From: Armatimonadota bacterium
GTDB taxonomy: Bacteria; Armatimonadota; UBA5829; DTLH01
DNA length: 15,509 nt
Assembly (NCBI GenBank): GCA_039680575.1
Contig: JBDKSP010000018.1
Coordinates: 1 to 15,509 of the forward strand
Reading direction: 5' to 3'
Below, piece by piece: positions 6,963 to 13,981 of the stretch (positions are counted from its first letter, which is position 1; every line of letters begins with the position of its first letter). The notes beneath the pieces were generated by a model, which saw nothing but the letters and a program-made list of their open reading frames with translations, made no database searches and was not told the origin of the DNA. Both the position numbers and the translations under genes were made by a program.

Positions 6963-7153
6963 CCAAATTATTTCATATTTCCTGCTAATATCTTCATCCT
7001 TGTGCTATCAGAATGAGCACTGCTGCCTGCAATCGAATGTTTTGAGCTATTTAGCTTGAAGGTTTCTGTGGCAGAATATGCCAAGCGACTACCGATGATT
7101 GTTTCGGATTATATGCGTTTTTACCATATTACCGGACTCTTCTCTTTACCCGA

Positions 7154-7182
7154 TTGCCAAGCTCGCGCGCACGACCTATAAT
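7154..7182 (+). promoter_or_regulatory. Sigma70-type promoter of the aminotransferase-transketolase operon
   Basis: TTGCCA (7154-7159), 17 bp, TATAAT (7177-7182). Confidence 0.8.
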
Positions 7183-7188
7183 GGGGAT

Positions 7189-7300
7189 TGGCTGACTGCT
7201 TCTTACATTAATCAGCAGCTCGCCGGTGCAAAGAGGCATCGGACAGAGAGTCTTAGGTAAGCGAATAAGACGCAGCCTACAATTATGTCAACCGGAGGCT
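7189..7300 (+). ncRNA. Candidate structured cis-regulatory 5' leader
   Basis: Four nested helices found by eye, plus an alternative pairing that covers part of the GGAGG site. No known family recognised. Confidence 0.4.
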
Positions 7301-7308
7301 ACAGAATC

Positions 7309-8502
7309 ATGAATCTCGCGGAACGCTTTTCACGCCTGGGAACCGAGACTGCTTTTGCCGTATCAGCGGAAGCGGCTGCCCACGCTGCAAAAGGCAATAC
7401 CGTTTATCCGTTCCATCTTGGTGATATGAATATTATCACCCCGCGGAATATTATGGACGCAGCTATAAAGGCAATGAAGGACGGCAAGACCGGCTATTGC
7501 CCCAACTGCGGCATAATGGGGCTGAGAGATGCTCTTGCAGAGGATATAAATAAGTCCCACGGCACATCCTACACCGCTGCAAACGTTGCGATCCAGCCCG
7601 GCGGCAAGCCTGTCATCGGAAAGTTCATACTTGCGCTTATGAACCCCGGCGACGAAGTCCTTTACCCGAGTCCCGGCTACCCGATTTACGAGTCTCAGAT
7701 CGAATTTCACGACGGAAAGGCTGTACCTTATACATATAGCGAGGGAAAAGAGAATTTCGAGCTGGATATCGACAAAATGGAGCAATCGATCACTCCACGG
7801 ACGAGATTCCTCATATTCAACAACCTCCAGAACCCCACAGGAGCGGAATCATCGCCGGAGGAACTTGAGAAAATCGCAGAACTCGTCAGAAAGCACGATC
7901 TTTTTGTACTTTGCGACGAAGCCTACTTCGATATGCGTTACGAAGGCAGATCACAGTCGCTCGTAAGCCTGCCAGGAATGGAGGATAGATGCGTCATACT
8001 CTACACATTCTCCAAAAAGTTCGCCATGACCGGTTGGAGACTGGGTGCGGCCATCGCTCCTGAACCTATAGCTGATGCAATAGCAAAACTGAATGTAAAT
8101 GACGAGTCCTGCTCCAACCATTTCATCCAGTATGCTGCTATCGAAGGACTCAAGGGAGATCAGTCCGGCACGAAGCATATTCTTTCCGTACTTAAGGAGA
8201 GACGTGATAAAGCCGTTGAGATATTGAATTCTATCGAAGGCGTAAGCTGTTACAGCCCGAACGCCACATTCTACCTTTTCCCGAACGTGACAAAAGCGAT
8301 GCAGAACAAGGGCATCGAGGACTACAACGAGTTCCGCGTGAAAGTGCTTGAGGCCACAGGCGTATCGTTCTGCACAAGACTCCACTTCGGGCGCGCGCTT
8401 CCGGGCGAAAAGGACTTCTATGTCAGATTGGCATATTCCGGTATCAACACCGACCGGATTGTAGAAGGTCTTGCGAAGTTGAAAACCTACCTGGAGAGTT
8501 AA
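7309..8502 (+). CDS. Class I/II PLP-dependent aminotransferase (aspartate aminotransferase-like)
   Basis: ATG 7309 after GGAGG; NNLQNPTG, DEAYFD, TFSKKFAMTGWRLG (PLP lysine), ATFYLFPN, YVRLAYS. Confidence 0.92.
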   Translation: MNLAERFSRLGTETAFAVSAEAAAHAAKGNTVYPFHLGDMNIITPRNIMDAAIKAMKDGKTGYCPNCGIMGLRDALAEDINKSHGTSYTAANVAIQPGGKPVIGKFILALMNPGDEVLYPSPGYPIYESQIEFHDGKAVPYTYSEGKENFELDIDKMEQSITPRTRFLIFNNLQNPTGAESSPEELEKIAELVRKHDLFVLCDEAYFDMRYEGRSQSLVSLPGMEDRCVILYTFSKKFAMTGWRLGAAIAPEPIADAIAKLNVNDESCSNHFIQYAAIEGLKGDQSGTKHILSVLKERRDKAVEILNSIEGVSCYSPNATFYLFPNVTKAMQNKGIEDYNEFRVKVLEATGVSFCTRLHFGRALPGEKDFYVRLAYSGINTDRIVEGLAKLKTYLES

Positions 8503-8536
8503 TTCCAGCGCAGTTCCAATCTTTGAGGAGCACTTG

Positions 8537-10528
8537 ATGGATACAATAGAGATAAAAGATATTAACACTGATGAAGTGACACGATTAGAGGGCATAGCGG
8601 CGGAACTTCGCGCTTACAACCTTGCCTCCATATATGCGGCCAACAGCGGACATCCAGGCGGCACACTTTCCATAATGGACATCGTTGCAGTGCTTTATTT
8701 CCATGAGATAAAGCACGATCCGGGCAACTTCTGCATGCCCGACCGCGACAGAGTCTTCTGGTCAGCGGGTCACAAAGCCCCAGCGCTTTACTCAGCTCTT
8801 GCGATGGCTGGTTACATCACGCTTGAAGAAGCAATGTGCCTCAGGCAGTTGGGCAGCCCGACACAGGGACACCCAAATTCGCTTGAATGCTGCGGCGTAG
8901 AGCTTTCCAGCGGATCGCTCGGCCAGGGACTCGGAGCAGCCATAGGTTCAGCGCTTGCCGCACGCATGGACGGTTCCGACTACCGAGTCTACTGCATTAT
9001 GGGCGACGGTGAGCAGCAGGAAGGCAGCGTCTGGGAAGCCGCGATGTCGGCCTCACAGTTCAAGCTGGATAATCTCTGCGCTATCGTCGACCGAAACAGG
9101 CTGCAGATCGACGGCTGGACCAAAGATGTTATGAACATCGAGCCGATAGCCGACAAATACCGCGATTTCGGCTGGCAAGTGATTGAGATCAACGGCCACG
9201 ACATCGCGCAGATCATGGCGGCGTTCGACGAAGCCAAGATAATTAAAGGCCAGCCGACCATGATCATCGCAGACACGATCAAGGGCAAGGGCGTCTCCTT
9301 CATGGAGGACCAGGCCGGATGGCACGGCGTCCCTCCGAAGAAAGAGCAGTTCGAGCAGGCGATCAAGGAACTCCTTCCTCCTACAATCCCGATGCCCAAG
9401 CTGAATGAGCTTCTTGATTATGCAAAGAAATACGCTGCAGAGGCTAAAGTCAAAGCCCAGGCATGCGTTCCGACGTTCTCAAAAGACTACTGGTGGAACG
9501 CCGGCGACAAGATGAAGGTCGATATGGACCCGACAAGAATGGGGTTCGGCCGTGGTCTTGCAAGCTGCGGCGACGACAAGAGAGTCTGCACGCTTCATGC
9601 CGATATTTCCGGTTCGATAAGGATCTCAGCGTTCGAAGAAAAGAACCCTGAGCGCAAAGACCGCGTATTCAGCGTCGGAATCGCCGAACAGAATATGATG
9701 TCCGTCGCAGCAGGGCTTGCGAAAGAGGGCAAAATCCCGATTACCGGAACTTACGGCGTTTTCGCAGCCGGTCGGGCTTGGGACCAGATCAGAACAAGCA
9801 TCTGCTACCCGAACCTGAACGTAAAGATCGCCGGTGCTCACGGTGGAATCTCGGTTGGACCTGACGGAGCTACCCACCAAGCTCTGGAAGAGATCAGCCT
9901 GATGTCGATCTTGCCTAATATGAACCTCGTAGTCCCGTCTGACAGCATCGAGTCAGAGCGAGCCACAGTGGCATCGATCCTGGACATCAATGGCCCCGTC
10001 TACATGAGGTTCGCAAGAGAAGCTACCCCTATCGTGACCACAAAGGACACACCTTATGTTTACGGTAAGGCAAACGTTATCAGATACAGAGGCGCAGCGG
10101 ACAAGTTCGCGGATGCTTTCGAGACGACTCTTGCATCGGAATACAAGAACGAAAACGAGCAGTTGACCATTATAGCCTGCGGACCTATGGTCCCTGAGGC
10201 GATGAGAGCAGCATACATTCTGAAAGAAGAGTTCGGTATCGAAACCCGTGTTCTGAACATACATACCGTGAAGCCTCTCGACCGCGAAGCAATAGCGAAA
10301 GCATCTTCAGAGACCGGAGCTGTGCTTACCGCTGAAGAGCATCAGGTCGGCGGGTTCGGCAATATCATCGCCGGTGTTATACTGAGCGAAGTAAAAAAAC
10401 CTATATCCTTCGGTATGATCGGAATCGAAGACAAGTTCGGCGAGTCCGGCCAGCCGTGGGAGCTTATGCAGGTCATGGGACTGACCGCCGAGCACCTGGC
10501 AAAGAAAGCACAGGAGCTTCTGAAATAG
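8537..10528 (+). CDS. tkt: Transketolase, single-chain form of the two-subunit (N-terminal + C-terminal section) type
   Basis: ATG 8537 after GAGGAG; SGHPGG, SAGHKAPALY, GSLGQG, ThDP motif GDGEQQEGSVWEA...N, GWHG, GIAEQNM, GPDGATHQ, TAEEHQ. Confidence 0.9.
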   Translation: MDTIEIKDINTDEVTRLEGIAAELRAYNLASIYAANSGHPGGTLSIMDIVAVLYFHEIKHDPGNFCMPDRDRVFWSAGHKAPALYSALAMAGYITLEEAMCLRQLGSPTQGHPNSLECCGVELSSGSLGQGLGAAIGSALAARMDGSDYRVYCIMGDGEQQEGSVWEAAMSASQFKLDNLCAIVDRNRLQIDGWTKDVMNIEPIADKYRDFGWQVIEINGHDIAQIMAAFDEAKIIKGQPTMIIADTIKGKGVSFMEDQAGWHGVPPKKEQFEQAIKELLPPTIPMPKLNELLDYAKKYAAEAKVKAQACVPTFSKDYWWNAGDKMKVDMDPTRMGFGRGLASCGDDKRVCTLHADISGSIRISAFEEKNPERKDRVFSVGIAEQNMMSVAAGLAKEGKIPITGTYGVFAAGRAWDQIRTSICYPNLNVKIAGAHGGISVGPDGATHQALEEISLMSILPNMNLVVPSDSIESERATVASILDINGPVYMRFAREATPIVTTKDTPYVYGKANVIRYRGAADKFADAFETTLASEYKNENEQLTIIACGPMVPEAMRAAYILKEEFGIETRVLNIHTVKPLDREAIAKASSETGAVLTAEEHQVGGFGNIIAGVILSEVKKPISFGMIGIEDKFGESGQPWELMQVMGLTAEHLAKKAQELLK

Positions 10529-10548
10529 GATTCTGGGATTGGTGGAAA

Positions 10549-10640
10549 GTATGCTTCGGGATGAAAAGCAATCCCGAAGCATACATCAAACTAGTGCAGT
10601 GGCCGTCCTCTGTGGCGGCCATCGTGCCCGAAGGACACGA
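10549..10640. repeat. Three consecutive hairpins: terminator-like 14-bp stem followed by REP-like palindromes
   Basis: GTATGCTTCGGGAT/ATCCCGAAGCATAC (10549-10584); TGGCCGTC-N6-GGCGGCCA (10600-10621); TCGTG...CACGA (10622-10640). Confidence 0.7.
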
Positions 10641-10645
10641 ACATT

Positions 10646-11128
10646 ATGAGCGGCATTGAAGATCGCAGAGTTCTCAATATATCAGAACGGCTAGGCTGGG
10701 TAGGCATAATACTCAGCGCGGGAGTCGCCTGTGCAACAGTTGCGGGATATCTAATCACGAAGTGGTGGGCATGTGGTACGCTAGGCATCTTATTCGCCGC
10801 AGAATTGTTCTGGATTGGTGCGTCGGAAATATGGCGGCGATATCTATATGTGTCCGAGGACGGTTTGTGTGTAACCCGCCCGATTGGGAAGACTTACATA
10901 AGCTGGAGAGAGATAAGCCGCATTCGGATTTCTCGAAACCGCGTTGACCAACGCATAAAGACGATCAGTATAATTGCTATCAAACCGAGCCGTTCTCCAA
11001 TACAAAACAAATTGCATGGTGGACAAGCAAAAGTAATCGCAATGTCAGGTAGAGCACCAGATATTGAATATGTAATTAACATATTGGAGAAACATGCGCC
11101 AAATGCTATCCAAGAAAAACTGGTATAG
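10646..11128 (+). CDS. Hypothetical membrane protein, two TM helices followed by a bacterial PH-like domain
   Basis: Two N-terminal hydrophobic helices then YLYVSEDGLCVTRPIGKTYISWREISRIRI, a pattern typical of bacterial PH domains; AT-richer than its neighbours. Confidence 0.7.
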   Translation: MSGIEDRRVLNISERLGWVGIILSAGVACATVAGYLITKWWACGTLGILFAAELFWIGASEIWRRYLYVSEDGLCVTRPIGKTYISWREISRIRISRNRVDQRIKTISIIAIKPSRSPIQNKLHGGQAKVIAMSGRAPDIEYVINILEKHAPNAIQEKLV

Positions 11129-11221
11129 TGGTTCACTGCGTTTGGGATATCGTGTTGTTCTGGGGTACGTAAGTAAAGGGCAACCACATCTTATTTCTAA
11201 GCGGTACCAAAGATTCTGAAT

Positions 11222-11282
11222 CGCGAAATGCGCGTAATTCGCGTTTCAAATGCCGATGGCTGACGGCTGAAAGCTGATAGCT
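11222..11282. repeat. Abutting degenerate 9-mer (x3) and 7-mer (x4) tandem repeats
   Basis: CGCGAAATG CGCGTAATT CGCGTTTCA (11222-11248); GCCGATG GCTGACG GCTGAAA GCTGATA GCT (11252-11282). Confidence 0.75.
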
Positions 11283-11285
11283 CCC

Positions 11286-11534
11286 CTACCACATATCAGC
11301 CAGGAGATTGCGTGGCGGGACGAATGGGTCTTTGCCGGATTCGGGGTGGATTGCCTGGCAGTTGTACTCGGACTTGCGGCATTTGCGGGCCATACGGCAC
11401 TCGAACGAGACTTCCTCTTCCTGCCAGGTGTTGTCGATAAGCATCCATTTGTGGATGACAAGGGCCGCATCCACATAATCTTTGATAAAATAGCAGAATT
11501 TCCGCTCCGTCCTGCGTTCGTAGGTATCGTGCAT
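11286..11534 (-). CDS. Small hypothetical protein (82 aa) with four cysteines, third gene of the ANTAR-kinase operon
   Basis: Starts 8 bp after the kinase stop with purine-rich GAGGCGGAG; C14, C46, C52, C59. Confidence 0.7.
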   Translation of the reverse strand: MHDTYERRTERKFCYFIKDYVDAALVIHKWMLIDNTWQEEEVSFECRMARKCRKSEYNCQAIHPESGKDPFVPPRNLLADMW

Positions 11535-11542
11535 CTCCGCCT

Positions 11543-13219
11543 CTACTTGGGGAAAGTTACCAATGCCTCGGTAAATTCGCCGCTCGTAAGCTTGAGTTTA
11601 CCGGACAGGTCATTATGGACAAGGGTTTCCACTATCTGAAGCCCCATCTTCTGGCTGGTACGAAGATCAAACCCCTCAGGAAGAGGTTCACCGTCGTTCT
11701 TGACGGATATTTTAATATCGAACTCGCCTACAGTGGTATTCAGGATAATTGTCCCGACCTTATTGTCCTTAAACCCATGATCTATCGCGTTCTGCAGCAA
11801 TTCGTTCAGGATCAGCGCGACAGGCGTGGCCTTTTTAGCCGAAAGAGTTATATCTTCTCCTTCGATCCTTATGTCGATCTTTCTGTCAGGCGTTAACATA
11901 CTTGTAGCTGCAGCGGATAGTATCGCTTCTGCCATACGCCTGATGCTCACGTTATCGAGGTTGTCGCCGGACAGCAGTTCATGCACGGATGCGATGGCAA
12001 GAATCCTGCTGATGATCTCTTTCAACACCTGCTCCACGGACTCAAAACTGCCGTACCTGAGCTGGAGGCGAAGTAGGCTCGCAATAGTCTGAAGGCTGTT
12101 TTTTACCCGGTGGTGCATCTCCTGGATGATCGCCGAGCGCACCATGAGCTTGGAGTTTTGTATAGCCATAGCCGCATGGCTTGCAAGCGCGGTCAGGAGC
12201 GTTATCTCTTCATCGGTAAAGACATGCGGTTTGGCTGTGTAGCAGTTGAGTGCTCCGATTGCCTTACCTTTCACTTTGAGCGGAATGGCAATGAGCGAAC
12301 AAAGCCCTTCCTTCTCCGCAAACTCGCGCTGAGGATAAGTTTTGTCCTTACGGACATCCGAGATTATGATAGGCTGGCCTTCAGCCACCGCCGCGCCGGT
12401 CGGACTCTCCCCCAGTTTCACATTCGCCCGCGACCGGTAAGCCCTGCTGCTTGCCTGCGTAGCTTTGATGACCAGTTCCTGCCTCTCCTCATCGAGCAGT
12501 ACTACGGAGCAAATCTTCAGGTTCAACGCCTCGGCGGTCATGGCCACAATCAGATGAAGCACTTCCTCCAGATACATATCGGAAGTGATGCTGCGGCTTA
12601 TCTCGGAAAGTGTGGTCAGGTGAGAAGCACGTCTCTTCATCTTCTGATACTGCGAAAAGTTCTCTATTGCCCCGCCTACCTGGTCGGCGATACTCATCAG
12701 AAGTCCGATTTGGGTGGGAGTGTACTCATGCGGAGGGTCGGTACTGACGTTTATTACACCAACGAGATTGCCCGCTCCCATCAGCGGGACGGACAGCATG
12801 GACTGGTAGGAATCCGGTTGAAATTCAGGGATCGGTTTGAACCTTGCGTCACGCCATGCCTCACGGTCGAGAACCGCAGGTTTTCGTTCTTTAGCGACCC
12901 AGCCGGTGATGCCCTCCCCGACCTTCACGCTGATCTTTCCAATCGCGCCTGATGCCGGACCGCTTGCCGCCCTAAGTACAAGTTCCGACCTTGCTTTATT
13001 AAGTAGATATATCATGCAAAGATCGGTGCCTGTCACCTGGACTATGACTTGGCATACCCGTTTCAACATCTCTTTGATATCGAACAGAATACCCATCGCC
13101 TGCCCCACCTGGCGAAGCGCATCGACCTCAAGTTCCTTGTCGCGAAGCTGAGCTTCCAATTCACTTATCCGAGCGGTAAGCTCACTATCAACATCCTTTG
13201 GGGGTCTCATGCTGCTCAT
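11543..13219 (-). CDS. Cytoplasmic GAF-GAF sensor histidine kinase, HisKA_2 family (PdtaS/EutW-like)
   Basis: N-terminal coiled coil; two GAF domains (GEGITGWVA...SMLSVPL; GESPTGAAV...SLIAIPL); H box EMHHRVKNSLQTIASLLRLQ; N box LNELLQNAIDHG; G2 MGLQIV; no TM segment. Confidence 0.95.
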   Translation of the reverse strand: MSSMRPPKDVDSELTARISELEAQLRDKELEVDALRQVGQAMGILFDIKEMLKRVCQVIVQVTGTDLCMIYLLNKARSELVLRAASGPASGAIGKISVKVGEGITGWVAKERKPAVLDREAWRDARFKPIPEFQPDSYQSMLSVPLMGAGNLVGVINVSTDPPHEYTPTQIGLLMSIADQVGGAIENFSQYQKMKRRASHLTTLSEISRSITSDMYLEEVLHLIVAMTAEALNLKICSVVLLDEERQELVIKATQASSRAYRSRANVKLGESPTGAAVAEGQPIIISDVRKDKTYPQREFAEKEGLCSLIAIPLKVKGKAIGALNCYTAKPHVFTDEEITLLTALASHAAMAIQNSKLMVRSAIIQEMHHRVKNSLQTIASLLRLQLRYGSFESVEQVLKEIISRILAIASVHELLSGDNLDNVSIRRMAEAILSAAATSMLTPDRKIDIRIEGEDITLSAKKATPVALILNELLQNAIDHGFKDNKVGTIILNTTVGEFDIKISVKNDGEPLPEGFDLRTSQKMGLQIVETLVHNDLSGKLKLTSGEFTEALVTFPK

Positions 13220-13791
13220 ACTTCCTGCGCGATGATAACGGCTTCGGCGATCTCTCTCATGCTCCTCCGAGTGTTCATGCTCTGCTGCTGGATCCTGCGG
13301 AACGCATCATTCTCGGTCATCTTGTATTTATCTATCAGGATTCCCTTCGCCCGGTCGATTATTTTGCGGGTTTCGAGTTTTTCCTTAAGCGACCCTACCT
13401 GAGATTCGAGCAATTGCATCTTGTTATAGCGGGATATTGCCACCTCGATCGCGGGCGCAAGATCGGACTCCTTGAACGGCTTGACCAGGTAAGCGAAAAC
13501 CCCGGCTTCCTTCGCCCGGTTTATCAGGTTCTGCTGGTTATAGGCAGTGAGCAGCACAACCGGAGCGATCTTTTCTTCGTCGATCACTTTTGCGGCATCC
13601 AACCCATCCATAACCGGCATCTTTATGTCCAAAATGGCAACATCCGGTTTCAGCGAGCGAGCCAGTTCGAGTGCTTTCTGTCCATCCGCTGCCTCACCTA
13701 TCACTGAATGGCCCATATCCTCTAGCATTTTCTTAAGGTCGAGCCTTATCAACGACTCATCATCAGCAATTATTATCCGAAACTGCGACAT
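13216..13791 (-). CDS. REC-ANTAR response regulator (PdtaR/EutV/NasT-like RNA-binding regulator)
   Basis: IIADDE, ILDIKMP (phospho-Asp), LLTAY, YLVKPF; ANTAR RKIIDRAKGIL...AFRRIQQQSMNTRRSMREIAEAVI; GGAGG site; ATGA overlap with the kinase. Confidence 0.96.
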   Translation of the reverse strand: MSQFRIIIADDESLIRLDLKKMLEDMGHSVIGEAADGQKALELARSLKPDVAILDIKMPVMDGLDAAKVIDEEKIAPVVLLTAYNQQNLINRAKEAGVFAYLVKPFKESDLAPAIEVAISRYNKMQLLESQVGSLKEKLETRKIIDRAKGILIDKYKMTENDAFRRIQQQSMNTRRSMREIAEAVIIAQEV

Positions 13792-13878
13792 GCACGTCCT
13801 CCGGCAATGGGATTATATTAAGCTGCATCACAGCAATATTTGCACTTGCCCGCTACGACAGCTCTCAAAAACACTTTC

Positions 13879-13905
13879 GGGCGGCCGTTCAATAAACGAC
13901 CGCCC
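13879..13905 (-). promoter_or_regulatory. 11-bp GC-rich hairpin at the 5' end of the ANTAR operon leader
   Basis: Minus strand GGGCGGTCGTT-TATTG-AACGGCCGCCC, fully paired (one G-U) only on the minus strand; followed by GAAAGTGTTTTT. Confidence 0.6.
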
Positions 13906-13909
13906 CGTC

Positions 13910-13938
13910 TTCAGCTTTATTTTACAAGGTGGTATAAT
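13910..13938 (+). promoter_or_regulatory. Extended -10 promoter for the 13982 gene, overlapping the opposite-strand promoter
   Basis: TG-G-TATAAT at 13930-13938, weak -35 TTCAGC 17 bp upstream. Confidence 0.6.
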
Positions 13939-13947
13939 CTTTGTCAA
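13919..13947 (-). promoter_or_regulatory. Sigma70-type promoter of the ANTAR-kinase operon
   Basis: TTGACA (13947-13942), 17 bp, TAAAAT (13924-13919). Confidence 0.8.
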
Positions 13948-13981
13948 AGAGGATTTACGCTAATATCGACCGGGGTGAACT

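Noticed and set aside
7221..7262. Glycine riboswitch (fragments CGCCG..GTGCAA and TCTTAGGTAA resemble it)
   Set aside because: The GGAGA and CCGAAG core elements are missing; the fluoride riboswitch was also considered and does not fit.
7285..7308. Upstream ATG 7285 as the aminotransferase start
   Set aside because: GGAGG lies downstream of it and fits ATG 7309.
7951..8595. 214-aa antisense ORF and the other antisense ORFs within pilT, the aminotransferase and transketolase
   Set aside because: Shadow frames of well-supported genes, with no motifs.
12110..12952. 280-aa plus-strand ORF
   Set aside because: Entirely antisense to the histidine kinase; shadow ORF.
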